From IMG/VR virus record IMGVR_UViG_3300023283_000173, positions 16,495 to 80,494 of that record: 64,000 bases of DNA; one strand, written 5' to 3'. Numbering within the stretch: the first letter of the stretch is position 1; every line of letters starts with the position of its first letter. Shown here piece after piece: positions 1 through 9,314 of the stretch. The notes beneath the pieces are model-generated. The model made no database searches. It was not told the origin of the DNA and saw nothing but the letters and a program-made list of their open reading frames with translations. The position numbers were made by a program, and so were the translations under genes. The DNA comes from a virus. Taxonomy: Duplodnaviria > Caudoviricetes.

Positions 1-296
1 GAGCACGTCCAATCGGTCACGACCCTGTCGACGTCGGCCAGCCACTGGATGACCGAGTTCTGCAGTACACGACCCAGATGATACGTCACGGCCTCCGAGG
101 TCGACACAGCCCTCGGCGGAACCTCTCGGCCCAGCTCCTTTACCAGCGCGACCTCTCGAGGACAGAACGAACCTCTCGTGAGGTCGGAAGCGTGTACCCG
201 GTCGTACCCCCTGTGCCGGTCCGCATACGGAAGACTCCCGTGCAGTAACTTCGATATACAGCGATCGTCGTCCTTGAACCTGTCAAAGCTCCTCAT
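1..296 (-). CDS. Partial Cas4-like/PD-(D/E)XK exonuclease, N-terminus (runs off window)
   Basis: Manual translation from ATG 296: MRSFDRFKDD...RVHASDLTRGSFCPREVAL. The HxS...CPR motif is typical of phage Cas4-like exonuclease N-termini. ATGA overlap with the upstream gene. Confidence 0.55.
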   Translation of the reverse strand, partial: MRSFDRFKDDDRCISKLLHGSLPYADRHRGYDRVHASDLTRGSFCPREVALVKELGREVPPRAVSTSEAVTYHLGRVLQNSVIQWLADVDRVVTDWTC

Positions 297-637
297 GCCT
301 GCTCAACCTCCCTGAGCCACCACGCCGGCACGAGTGCCCACTCCCCCCTGCGACGTGGACTGCCGTCCCCGTCGGCGAACACCACCGAGAAGACGGGCGT
401 GAGGCCTTTCAGCTCAGCCTCGTGCGCTATCTTGGCGAGCTGACGGTACTTCACCGAGAAGGACAGCTTCTCGGTCGTTTTGACCTCGATCAGCAGCGTG
501 TCGGACCTGACATCTCCCTCCGCTCCGACTACGGAGCCCGAGCCGGGCGTCCTGCGACCCTTGACGCGCCGGGCCACGGTCTCCTCCCCACACTTGCCGA
601 GCTCGCTGGCCCTGGCCCTACCCGGTAGGAGTCTCAT
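293..637 (-). CDS. Holliday junction resolvase-like PD-(D/E)XK nuclease
   Basis: E...GSG...GDV...LLIEVKTT motif; directly downstream of recA-like gene. Confidence 0.7.
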   Translation of the reverse strand: MRLLPGRARASELGKCGEETVARRVKGRRTPGSGSVVGAEGDVRSDTLLIEVKTTEKLSFSVKYRQLAKIAHEAELKGLTPVFSVVFADGDGSPRRRGEWALVPAWWLREVEQA

Positions 638-1724
638 CGCTTACCTCCGTCACCCGTCTGACGATCTCTCTCTTAATCCTCTCCTCGAGGTCCCGGTCGG
701 AGAGGACCGCGTCCCTGCAGTCGGACAGACGCGGGTACTCCTCGCCGAGCATCTTCCACCTCTTGTTCGACTTCTCGATCATGCCGAGCTCCCTCATGTA
801 ACTCAGCACAGTCTCCCAGTCATCCGACCTCCCGACGCCGACCCCGTCCGGCGCATAGGTGACTATCTTGCACTTTCCGGAGACGGAGTAGATCGGGACC
901 TTCCACTTCTTGATCACGAAGGTGACGGCCTTCTTGACCGGTATCACCTTGCTCACACTCTCATCGACCTCGTTCTTGCCGTAGACCCTGAGAGTCAGGT
1001 GCGAGTGGAACAGTTGGGCGTTGCCTCCGGGCAGCACCTCGGGACTACCGAACATCACTCCTACCTTCATCCTGACCTGGTTGATGTAGCAGACCGTCAG
1101 GTGCCTATCGTCCTTCCACGCCTGCTGCAGAGCCTGCGCCGCCTTTCTGCACAACTTGCCGACGACGATCGAGGCCCCACCCGGCTGCGCCTTATCGGCG
1201 CTGCTCTCGAGCTCCTGAGCGGTCACCATGGCCGCCAGGCTGTCCACCCCCACGAACCCCACGTCGTCGGCGTACATGAAGCTCTCTATCATGTCGACGG
1301 CCTGCTCGGCATACCCCGGACGCACGACCACGAGCCTGTCCACGTCCACTCCCATTTTCCGCGCCCAGTCAGGGTCGAACGCATGCTCCAGGTCGACGAA
1401 CACGCACACCTCGTGCGGCCAGATACGCTGGTGCGAGGCCATGGCCTTCAGCATGATACTCGTCTTCGCCGAAGACTCCGGTCCGAATATGATAGACGGA
1501 CGACCCTTCGGGAAGCCTCCCCCGAGGGCGAGGTCGAGCTCGAACAGGCCGGTCGGTATGCGCTCAGTATCCTCGTGCTCCGCTCCCACACTCACGACCC
1601 TCTCACCCAACTTCGCCTGATAGACGTCGACCAGCCCCTGGGCCGTGGTCGTGTCCCTCGACTTAGTCATCGTCGGCCACCAGCCTGTTGAGCTTCTCGT
1701 CCACCCACTTCTCGCAGAACTCAA
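618..1724 (-). CDS. recA: RecA/UvsX-like recombinase
   Basis: TGLFELDLALGGGFPKGR, Walker A-like GPESSAKT, FVDLEHAFDP, VDSLAAM, INQVRMKVGVMFGSPE..PGG. True start probably near 1670. Confidence 0.92.
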   Translation of the reverse strand: MSSARSGWTRSSTGWWPTMTKSRDTTTAQGLVDVYQAKLGERVVSVGAEHEDTERIPTGLFELDLALGGGFPKGRPSIIFGPESSAKTSIMLKAMASHQRIWPHEVCVFVDLEHAFDPDWARKMGVDVDRLVVVRPGYAEQAVDMIESFMYADDVGFVGVDSLAAMVTAQELESSADKAQPGGASIVVGKLCRKAAQALQQAWKDDRHLTVCYINQVRMKVGVMFGSPEVLPGGNAQLFHSHLTLRVYGKNEVDESVSKVIPVKKAVTFVIKKWKVPIYSVSGKCKIVTYAPDGVGVGRSDDWETVLSYMRELGMIEKSNKRWKMLGEEYPRLSDCRDAVLSDRDLEERIKREIVRRVTEVSDETPTG

Positions 1725-1986
1725 ACACCTCGTCGAGTTCCTGGAAGCTCGACGGAGCCGTCAGGCTCACCCCGACCTTGATCGAGTTGTAGTTGCCCTG
1801 GTTGATCGTCATGTGCGCCGACACGTTCACCCTGTACGGCGCGTGGGTCACCTTGTCCGGCCCCTCCTCGGCGACCTTACCTGTCGAGAGAGGTACCTTC
1901 TCGTCGTAGTCCTTGATCTCGCCGGTCTTCGTGTCCTCCACGGAGCTGTGTGCGTGGCCCTGCTTCTTCTCGATCTTGATCGGCAT
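1663..1986 (-). CDS. Hypothetical phage protein
   Basis: Tightly packed with neighbours; TINQGNYNSIKVGVSL segment; GGAG RBS upstream. Confidence 0.7.
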   Translation of the reverse strand: MPIKIEKKQGHAHSSVEDTKTGEIKDYDEKVPLSTGKVAEEGPDKVTHAPYRVNVSAHMTINQGNYNSIKVGVSLTAPSSFQELDEVFEFCEKWVDEKLNRLVADDD

Positions 1987-1995
1987 CTGACTCTC

Positions 1996-3342
1996 CTAGT
2001 TCATGTCTACTACGTCTGCGTCGATAGACCTGTACCACCGCAGCCTCTTGAGGGAATAGGCCTGATACACGGGACTGTCCGAGTCCACCAGGTCTACCCA
2101 CACCGGACTCTGCTTACCCTCGAACTCCCTCCTGATGCGTCCACACACCTGCTCGACCTGCGCCCTCGGCATGGCGAGTACGCCCGCGTCCAGCCACGGC
2201 ACGTCAGTACCCTCCGACATCATCCCGAAAGTCGTCGTGATGATCGGTCGCAACAGTACTCTCTCGCGCCTCTCGGACTCTCTCACGTTGGACACTGGTC
2301 CGTAGCGTCCGATCTCACGCCGCGACACACCTCTCTGCACGACAGCTCTCTCGATCGAGTCCAAGTGAGACAGCAAGCTCGAGAAGACGACCGTATGCCT
2401 CCCCTTCCTGTACAGAGTCACGACGAGGTCGGCAATCATCGCCGTGCGCTCCGGGTCGGCGGCGAGGGCCCTGTCTACGTGCGCACTCTTTCCAGGCTCG
2501 TGAGGCATACGCACGATCTTACGCTCGCCCTTGATCTTCCGCGGTACCCTCGGGCACGTCCACCCCGTCTTATACCTCAATACCTTGGGCACCAGCGGCT
2601 GCAGGCCGACCTCCAGGGCCACCTCACCGATATGTGCGGCGACGAGCAGGTCCTTGCCGTCGTACCGTCGCGGCGTCGCCGACATACCTATCCTGACACG
2701 CGCCGGAAACATGTCGGCCACGACCGAGAACTGGTCGGCCGGGACCCTATGCGTCTCGTCGTACACCACCGTACCGAACTGCGCGCGGTCGAGGTCGGGA
2801 TACCTGTCCGGCTTCGAGAGCGAGTGTATCATCGCGACGCACACGGCCCTGCCGTCGGTCTCGCACCTGTCCTGCTGTATGACACCCACTCTGTACGCGG
2901 GTAGCCCCAGCATCTCTCGTGCCGACTCGACCCACTGCTCCAGCAAGTCCTGTTTGGTCACGACCACGAGCGCCTTCCTTCCCCGCGCCGCGACCGCCCG
3001 CAGCGCCCACGCGGTCTTACCCCACCCTGTTCCGGCGACGGCTACGAACGACCGCCCGTCGAGCACCATCGACTCGATCTCTGAAAACGCCTCAACCTGG
3101 TAGTCGCGCGGCTCCGGTCTGGCGGGGAACTGCACCTCCTCGCCGTCGGAGGTCTCGTCGGGCTCCCGCGGGCAAAGTGCCCGGGCTACGAGCAGGTGGT
3201 CACCGACTCTCCTGGCCAGGTGTACCTCGTCTCCCAGTCGAGACCGGAACCTCAGGCGCCTGTCGAGCTTCCTCGAGTAGGGGTAGTAGGCCGCCTCGGC
3301 CACCCTCAGGGGGGTGTCAATTACCCGGTACCGAGAGAGCAC
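1996..3342 (-). CDS. Superfamily 2 helicase (UvsW-like)
   Basis: Walker A AGTGWGKT, Walker B VVYDETH, motif III SAT, motif VI QVCGRIRR. Confidence 0.88.
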   Translation of the reverse strand: MLSRYRVIDTPLRVAEAAYYPYSRKLDRRLRFRSRLGDEVHLARRVGDHLLVARALCPREPDETSDGEEVQFPARPEPRDYQVEAFSEIESMVLDGRSFVAVAGTGWGKTAWALRAVAARGRKALVVVTKQDLLEQWVESAREMLGLPAYRVGVIQQDRCETDGRAVCVAMIHSLSKPDRYPDLDRAQFGTVVYDETHRVPADQFSVVADMFPARVRIGMSATPRRYDGKDLLVAAHIGEVALEVGLQPLVPKVLRYKTGWTCPRVPRKIKGERKIVRMPHEPGKSAHVDRALAADPERTAMIADLVVTLYRKGRHTVVFSSLLSHLDSIERAVVQRGVSRREIGRYGPVSNVRESERRERVLLRPIITTTFGMMSEGTDVPWLDAGVLAMPRAQVEQVCGRIRREFEGKQSPVWVDLVDSDSPVYQAYSLKRLRWYRSIDADVVDMN

Positions 3343-3343
3343 C

Positions 3344-4186
3344 TCAGAGCTCGTTCTCTAGGCTCTCCTGGTCCACCTTCTGGTCGATCCCGGGACCGCG
3401 CACCGGACTGCCCGCGCCGAGGCGTACCAGCTCGTCCGCGGTGAAGTAGTGGATCTCCTCCGAGTAGTCGGCGGGCACTACGTCCTCGGCGGAGAGGCCG
3501 TACTTCTGGGCTACCTGCTCGAGGGTGTCGTGCTTCTCCTCGAAGTCGAACTGAGACCCGACGCCGGGACTCCGGTCGTCCGCCCGAGACACCTCGAAAG
3601 TACAGCCCGTCAGTCCACCTCGCTTGTTGGCGATCTTGGTCAGTGTCTGGAGCGTCGTCTGCTTCGCGACGAACAACTTCCTCTGGTTCCTGACCTCCTT
3701 ACCTGCGTTCTGACCGCGCTTGATCTTGTGCGGCGTGTGGTCGATGATCGTCATGACGCCGACCAGCGCGGCCTTCTCGTCGGCCTGACATATCGGACAC
3801 GGCTCCTGGTCACCGACACAGACGTAATTCTTGATCCTGCCGGCCACGCGAACCGTGTGCTCGTAGTACATCGGTACGTCGAGCATCCCGTCCTCGTCGA
3901 GCTCGCCATCCAGAAACGTAATCCGTCGGTCCTGCTCGGGCGACATCCAGAACCGGAACAGCCCTCCGCGCTCCGCCTCCTGCGCCTCGCGCCTCGCTCT
4001 CTCCTGCTCTAGCGCCTGCTTGGCTTGGTCACCGCGCTTAAGGAAGCTCGGACTCTGCTTCTCCGACGAGTCTCCCGACGCGGGCTGATCTGAGAACCCA
4101 CCCCCGGTCTCCTGCGTCGACTCGGTCTTCGACTGCGGTGCGGTGTTCTTGGACGAGGGAAACTTCTGTCCGAAGTGGATAGGCAT
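3344..4186 (-). CDS. Single-stranded DNA-binding protein (gp32-like)
   Basis: H...C....CPIC zinc ligands, acidic C-terminus, replication context. Start refined to ATG 4186 with AGGAG RBS. Confidence 0.7.
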   Translation of the reverse strand: MPIHFGQKFPSSKNTAPQSKTESTQETGGGFSDQPASGDSSEKQSPSFLKRGDQAKQALEQERARREAQEAERGGLFRFWMSPEQDRRITFLDGELDEDGMLDVPMYYEHTVRVAGRIKNYVCVGDQEPCPICQADEKAALVGVMTIIDHTPHKIKRGQNAGKEVRNQRKLFVAKQTTLQTLTKIANKRGGLTGCTFEVSRADDRSPGVGSQFDFEEKHDTLEQVAQKYGLSAEDVVPADYSEEIHYFTADELVRLGAGSPVRGPGIDQKVDQESLENEL

Positions 4187-4274
4187 CGTGCATCTCCTAG
4201 GTCTGTTGATAGACGCCTTGGTCTCTACGAGACCCGTGTATTCTGCCCTCTCGGGCAATCGCAGGCAAGAAGTT

Positions 4275-5252
4275 TTACAGCGCGTAGCTCGCCTCCAGCA
4301 TGTTCCTCACGAGGCTCTCTACCTCGTCTTTCGTCATCTCTCCGGGGTCCTTCCTGTGGTCCGGGACGTACGCATGGACGACGTCTACGCCGTAGCGCCC
4401 CAGCACTCTCTCGACGCGCGCCCTGCCCGCGTCCCCGGCATCACCGCGGTCGAGCATCGTGATCACCGAGCTACAGTGACGTAGCCTCCGGTACTTTTCC
4501 CTCGTCGCGTAGCTCGACAGCATCGCCACCACGTTGGGGTACACCCTGTCGACGGACGCGTAGTCGAAGGCGCCCTCGACCACGACCAGTGGCGCGTCGG
4601 AGTTCATGACGTGCTCCCCGAGCCACACGTCCGCGCAGCTCATGTCCCTGTACTTGTAGACCCGGTAGCGAGGCTCCGCTCCGTCTACGGACCGTCCCTG
4701 CATGCCTCGGACGCGGCCGGATACGTCGCGCACGGGGAAACACACCCTCCTCTCGACCGGGTCGGCCCTCAGGTCGAACCTCACCACCTGCTCATCGGTC
4801 ACCCCGCGGTCGACGAGGTAGTTCACCGCCCATCCGTACTCCCGGACGTCCGGGAAACTCTCCAGCCACCAGTCTGGCCACTCATGCTCGTCGTCCAGTC
4901 TCGCCTCGAGCACCTCGCCGACGTCCGGGGCCTCGGCATGCTCCACCTCCTTATCTGAGTCACAGAGGGTCAGGGCCTCGCCGTACCTGCAGCCATCGAC
5001 GAGCCGATCTATGCTGTTCAGACGCCTATGCTCGAAGACCAAAGTCGACATCCGACCGCTCCACCCGCACGAGAAGCAGTGCGTTCTGGCGTCGCCTGGC
5101 TCGTGGCGTATCCCGAAGGACGGGTTCCTGTCCTCGCCTCCGTGACGCCACGGGCCGAGGGGACAGTGAGCCACGAGCCAGCCCGCCCTCGACTGGTCCG
5201 CCGCGGGACGTGCCTGCAGTAGCTCCAGGTACCCTGTCAGCCGCTCACTCAA
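4275..5252 (-). CDS. DNA primase (zinc finger + TOPRIM)
   Basis: CPLGPWRH...HCFSCG zinc domain; VVVEGAFD and MLDRGDAG TOPRIM motifs. TTG start at 5252 with GGAGGG RBS. Confidence 0.88.
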   Translation of the reverse strand: MSERLTGYLELLQARPAADQSRAGWLVAHCPLGPWRHGGEDRNPSFGIRHEPGDARTHCFSCGWSGRMSTLVFEHRRLNSIDRLVDGCRYGEALTLCDSDKEVEHAEAPDVGEVLEARLDDEHEWPDWWLESFPDVREYGWAVNYLVDRGVTDEQVVRFDLRADPVERRVCFPVRDVSGRVRGMQGRSVDGAEPRYRVYKYRDMSCADVWLGEHVMNSDAPLVVVEGAFDYASVDRVYPNVVAMLSSYATREKYRRLRHCSSVITMLDRGDAGDAGRARVERVLGRYGVDVVHAYVPDHRKDPGEMTKDEVESLVRNMLEASYAL

Positions 5253-5330
5253 GATTGACCCTCCCCGACAGGACGCGGCGCAGGAACGCACCCACCTGCC
5301 TCCGCGCGGAAACGTCGTTGTACGCCATGT

Positions 5331-5369
5331 TGAAGCGTAGCATTCCGGAAAACGCGGTCCAACCGCAAC
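5331..5369 (-). promoter_or_regulatory. Class B promoter element upstream of primase
   Basis: GTTGCG-G-TTGGAC-17 bp-TACGCT with extended -10 TG; 38/39 identical to 12918-12956. Confidence 0.7.
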
Positions 5370-5424
5370 GCGGGGGGTCGAACACCGGGAGCGGCCCGAT
5401 GGCCGGGAAGTCGTACACGGCCAC

Positions 5425-5865
5425 CTACCTCTTCGTGATCTTGATGCCGCGTGGTCCGCGCAGCTCCTCGAGCACATTCGACCTCTCCTCCGGGGTCAGG
5501 TAGTCGTCGACCGCCTTGAGGGGAACCGAGATCACGTCGTAGAAGGTGTCGTCCCCGAGAATCGCGTGCACCTCACGCGGGTCCCTCACGCGACGACTGC
5601 GGCCCATCGGCCGGACCTCGAGACGGTACCTGCGACCCTCGACGCGCACGACTTCGTCCGGGTCTCGGTCCGAGAACACCGCGTTGACCGCGTCCTGCAG
5701 CCTGTCGACCGCGACCCTGTGCTCGCGCTGCTGCTCCTGTAATCGCTTGATCTTCGCCTTGATCTTCTCGATCTCGTACTCGGCGTCACCGGCACTGTCG
5801 ACGAGGTCTGGGATGGACGTCTCGTCCACCTCCGCCTGCTGTTTCTGGTCGAACTGTGTAGCCAC
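5425..5865 (-). CDS. Hypothetical coiled-coil protein (possibly Gam-like)
   Basis: ACCAAGGAGGG RBS, GTG start, N-terminal coiled coil. Confidence 0.65.
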   Translation of the reverse strand: MATQFDQKQQAEVDETSIPDLVDSAGDAEYEIEKIKAKIKRLQEQQREHRVAVDRLQDAVNAVFSDRDPDEVVRVEGRRYRLEVRPMGRSRRVRDPREVHAILGDDTFYDVISVPLKAVDDYLTPEERSNVLEELRGPRGIKITKR

Positions 5866-5912
5866 CTGACCCTCCTTGGTCGATTAGAGTGATGTTGTCT
5901 AGTTACGGGTTA

Positions 5913-5941
5913 ACTATCGCACATTTAAGTTAGGATGTAAA
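5913..5941 (-). promoter_or_regulatory. Sigma70-like promoter
   Basis: TTTACA-17-GATAGT in an AT-rich intergenic gap. Confidence 0.45.
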
Positions 5942-5947
5942 GTGTTA

Positions 5948-7198
5948 TCAGATACTGTCCAACTCCTCCAGGTCGTCCTCGGACGTCTCCGAGAAGTCTG
6001 CGTTCTCGAAGTCCCACTTTACGAAGAACTTACCGACCTCCCCGGACCTACCCTTCATGATCTCTACCCGTCTCCTCTGCATGGTCTCGACCGACTCCTC
6101 CTCGAACATCCCGAGTACGACGCTCGACACCTGGGCTATACTGTCCGCGTAACCTATGTCCTCGAGCCCCACCTCGTCGCCCTTCTTCTTCTTTTTGAGC
6201 TTCCGGGCCGCCTCCCGCGAGAACTGCCAGCTCGCGACGACGGGAGCCTCCGCCGACAGCTTCTGCTTTATCAGGTCGGAGTTCTCCGCAACCCTCTTGT
6301 ACCTGTCTCTCTCTGTCGGGTGTTTCAGTAGGTATGCTCCGTCGATGTAGACCACGTCGGGCTTCATACTGCGCATCAAGGTCCACACGTCGTCGACCGT
6401 GGCGGCCATGTTGCCGTCGACGACCCAGAACGCGTTAGGGGCGTCCCTGACCTTGGTCAGACCCTCCTTGAGTCTCTCCCTGTGCGCCTTCGACAGCCCG
6501 GCCCTTTTGAGGCGGTACGGGGGCACGCCGACCTCCATCGCGGCCAGACGCTGCTCCACCAGCAGGTGACTCATCTCCATGGTGACCAGCATCACGTCTC
6601 GACCCTGATGTTTCCAGGCGTGGTGTGCGTTGTAGAAGACCAACCAGGACTTTCCCGCGCCCGTCCTCCCGACCATGGACAGCACGTCTCCGGTCACGAG
6701 GCCGTTGGTCATGTCGTCCAACGTGGGCCACCCGAGCGTCACGCCGGCGACACTCTCCGAGGTCCAGGTCTGTAGGTAGTCCTGGAACACCAGGTCGTAA
6801 GCCTGCCGAAAGTCGTGCACGAGAGTGCTGTTCCTGCGCGACACCGTGTCCATCACACTCCTCGACAGCACGTCCAAGGCCTTCTCCGGGTCCTTTCCGT
6901 CCACGCCAAGGTACTGCTGGGCCTCCTTTACGGCCCCGCGGAGCGACAGCTCCACCCACCTCTGCTGCAGAACGTCGCGGTAGTAGGAGGGGGGGTCCTC
7001 CGCCTTCGGCAGCACCTCTCCCGTATGCGCCTCGAGGGTCTCCCTGGTAGGCAGCGCCCCGTACTCCCGCACAAAGTCGCGCACGAACTCGTACACGGGT
7101 AGCTCGGACTCCTTGAACAGGTGCTCATAGTCTGACGTGAGGGCCGACAGGTCGTCTGCGACCATGACGGACGCTATGTACCTGAGACCCAGTGACAT
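5948..7198 (-). CDS. dnaB: Replicative DnaB-like helicase
   Basis: GWPTLDDMTNGL, Walker A GRTGAGKS, TMEM, VVYIDG, WQFSR, IGYADSIAQ, KGRSG. Confidence 0.92.
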   Translation of the reverse strand: MSLGLRYIASVMVADDLSALTSDYEHLFKESELPVYEFVRDFVREYGALPTRETLEAHTGEVLPKAEDPPSYYRDVLQQRWVELSLRGAVKEAQQYLGVDGKDPEKALDVLSRSVMDTVSRRNSTLVHDFRQAYDLVFQDYLQTWTSESVAGVTLGWPTLDDMTNGLVTGDVLSMVGRTGAGKSWLVFYNAHHAWKHQGRDVMLVTMEMSHLLVEQRLAAMEVGVPPYRLKRAGLSKAHRERLKEGLTKVRDAPNAFWVVDGNMAATVDDVWTLMRSMKPDVVYIDGAYLLKHPTERDRYKRVAENSDLIKQKLSAEAPVVASWQFSREAARKLKKKKKGDEVGLEDIGYADSIAQVSSVVLGMFEEESVETMQRRRVEIMKGRSGEVGKFFVKWDFENADFSETSEDDLEELDSI

Positions 7199-7202
7199 GC
7201 GC

Positions 7203-7748
7203 CTACAGTCCCCTCACCACGTCGCCCATCGCCGACAGCACCTCGGGACCGTACGCGTCGAGCACGCGCCGCTCGCTCGACGCGGTGAACATCGTCTGCA
7301 TGCGACCGCGACGACGCGCGCCGAGTACGTCGAATATGGTCTGCGTCACGAGGGCACGCTGGTACTCACTCCCGACGGACTGCGGAGCGCATCTGGGTAC
7401 GACCACGCAGGTCGCGTCGAGTGCCTCGCCCTCTCGGTACGCCGTGACCAGCTCGTGCAGGGTCATGACGCGCACCCGGATGAAGTTGCGGAGCAGTGCT
7501 CCGGCGACCGCCCCGCACACGTCGTCCGCCGCCTCGTCCGGACACGTCACCAGTACCGAGTGTCTCCGCTCTCCGGGATGGAACTTGAACCGACGTACCC
7601 ACCGGACCAGGCTCTCTCGACACACCTGTCCCATCGGGATCGCGACCCAACTCTTATCGATCCCCGCGTCCTCGGCGACGTGGTCCAGGTCCTGGAGTAG
7701 GCGCCGGTGAACGTCCTTGTCCAGAACACCTGTCGCGTGCTGTTCCAT
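7203..7748 (-). CDS. DnaC-like helicase loader, degenerate ATPase
   Basis: Lies between initiator and DnaB; order of secondary-structure segments resembles DnaC/IstB; no intact Walker A. Confidence 0.45.
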   Translation of the reverse strand: MEQHATGVLDKDVHRRLLQDLDHVAEDAGIDKSWVAIPMGQVCRESLVRWVRRFKFHPGERRHSVLVTCPDEAADDVCGAVAGALLRNFIRVRVMTLHELVTAYREGEALDATCVVVPRCAPQSVGSEYQRALVTQTIFDVLGARRRGRMQTMFTASSERRVLDAYGPEVLSAMGDVVRGL

Positions 7749-7776
7749 CGTCTAGCATCGCTTTCTTCAGGGCGTC

Positions 7777-7813
7777 GAGCGTAACATTCCGAAAAACACA
7801 GTCTGAGCGCAAC
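7777..7813 (-). promoter_or_regulatory. Class B promoter element upstream of loader/helicase
   Basis: GTTGCG-C-TCAGAC-17 bp-TACGCT; same layout as 5331 and 12918 copies. Confidence 0.6.
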
Positions 7814-7821
7814 AGCGCAAC

Positions 7822-8694
7822 TCAGTCTAGCATCGCCTTCTTCAGCGCGTCGACGTCCACGTACGGCACCTTAGACTTCACCTCGTCCGAGGACGTATAG
7901 TCTATCTCCGGCTCGAAAGCCACAGCGGAGCGTGCATATTTCAACAGGAAGCCCGTCTTCGGCGTGGCGGGTACGTTGAACGCTCCCTCGTTCGACCTGG
8001 CGAACCGCGCGAAGGACGACCAGTCTTCGAGTACCTTCCGGAGGACTCCCACGGCCTCTCCGTCGGGGCACTTCTCGGCGAACCTCTTCAGTTGACCCCT
8101 CTCCTGCCCCGTCAGTGGGGGGACGAACTGCCCGGTCGCCTCGTGCACGCCGCACTTCCACTCCGCCTCGAGACTCCGACGGGAGTCACTCCTACCTCCA
8201 ACTACGTCTCTCGCCTTCATGCTGTTCATGTCCTCTCCTGGAGGGGTGTCGTCGTGACGGGAGTCACGACAAGAAACTAGTGATGAAACTAGTGTATAAG
8301 AGATGGTGCCAGTTTTGGTATGAGGGTGGTGCCAGTTTTGGTATGAGGGTGGTGCCAGTTTTGGTATGAGGGGTCGGTCTCGTCCAGGTCTCTGTTCGGA
8401 CCCCGAGACGACCCTCTCACCGTCTGCGGAGAGACGCGTCAGCAGACGTCTCTGATCGCGGAACATCGACGTCTCCGTCTCTACCAGACCCCTCTCCCGC
8501 AACTCGGTCATGGCGCGCATGCAGGCCCTCTCCGACAGACCCGTCTCCTCCGCCCACTCGCGATAGCCCTTGGCAACCCACGTGCGCCCTCTCAGCTCCA
8601 CGCGAGCCCTGGGGTGCCAGTAGGCAACGCGGAACAGCAGTAGACCGTTTCGCGCGCCGCCGGCAGCCTCTACACACCGCGCTATCGTGTTCAT
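7822..8694 (-). CDS. Replication initiator protein (N-terminal wHTH, lambda O-like layout)
   Basis: N-terminal HTH (KGYREWAEETGLSERACMRAMTELRERGLV), internal iterons, followed by loader and helicase. Confidence 0.8.
   Translation of the reverse strand: MNTIARCVEAAGGARNGLLLFRVAYWHPRARVELRGRTWVAKGYREWAEETGLSERACMRAMTELRERGLVETETSMFRDQRRLLTRLSADGERVVSGSEQRPGRDRPLIPKLAPPSYQNWHHPHTKTGTISYTLVSSLVSCRDSRHDDTPPGEDMNSMKARDVVGGRSDSRRSLEAEWKCGVHEATGQFVPPLTGQERGQLKRFAEKCPDGEAVGVLRKVLEDWSSFARFARSNEGAFNVPATPKTGFLLKYARSAVAFEPEIDYTSSDEVKSKVPYVDVDALKKAMLD
8304..8372. repeat. Three perfect tandem 23-bp iterons; putative replication origin
   Basis: TGGTGCCAGTTTTGGTATGAGGG at 8304, 8327 and 8350. Adjacent AT-rich tract has GAAACTAGTG twice (8273, 8285) and hairpin GTCGTGAC-GGGA-GTCACGAC (8251-8270). 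Confidence 0.85.
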
Positions 8695-9314
8695 TGATCC
8701 GAGTGCCCGCTCGCGTCAGACACCAGACCCTCGAGTGCCTTGACCAACTCCTCCGAGTAGTTGGTCACCTGCCCCGACGCGCTTTCCTTCATCTTCGCCG
8801 TGATCTCCCTCTGCTTGATCATGACGTCTATGGCTCGCCTGTTGGTCCGGTAGACGCGCGACCTGAGGGTCTCCGCGAGACGCGGGATCTCGTCCACCGG
8901 GGCGACTCCGGCCAATTGCACCACATGCTCCACAGCCCTCACGAAGGGGTCGTTCTCGTCGGACCCCCTCTTCAGTACCTCGGCCACACCCTCGACGTCG
9001 TCGTCCACCTCGAACGAGACCTCGAACACCGTCGACGCACGCCGCTCGTCGACCTTGGAAAACTCGACGTCCGGCCACCCCTCGGTCAGTGACTTCTGGG
9101 GTAGCGACACAACGTTTCCCGTGTCCTTCTTCTCGTGTACCCACACCGACCGCAGCTTGCACGCCAGCATGTACATGTTGTCTCTCACGCGGACGATACC
9201 TGTCACCTTCAGACCCAGGGCAACCCCCGGCTTCTCGACGACCACCAGGTAGTCCCTCTTCCCGGAGTTACCAGGTACCCACTCCTCATGCCTCTCGCTG
9301 CTCACGTCAGTCAT
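8691..9314 (-). CDS. Hypothetical protein
   Basis: 207 aa ORF overlapping both neighbours. Confidence 0.7.
   Translation of the reverse strand: MTDVSSERHEEWVPGNSGKRDYLVVVEKPGVALGLKVTGIVRVRDNMYMLACKLRSVWVHEKKDTGNVVSLPQKSLTEGWPDVEFSKVDERRASTVFEVSFEVDDDVEGVAEVLKRGSDENDPFVRAVEHVVQLAGVAPVDEIPRLAETLRSRVYRTNRRAIDVMIKQREITAKMKESASGQVTNYSEELVKALEGLVSDASGHSDQ

Noticed and set aside
4275-5477. ORF-track N-terminal extensions of primase and several other genes (12447-13001, 18404-19456, 58151-58702)
   Set aside because: The extensions overlap upstream genes or promoters; downstream starts have clear RBS or stop-start overlaps.
8304-8372. 23-bp repeats as a CRISPR array
   Set aside because: The repeats are contiguous with no spacers and lie inside the initiator gene. 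The exonuclease at the window edge has no cas1/cas2 neighbours.
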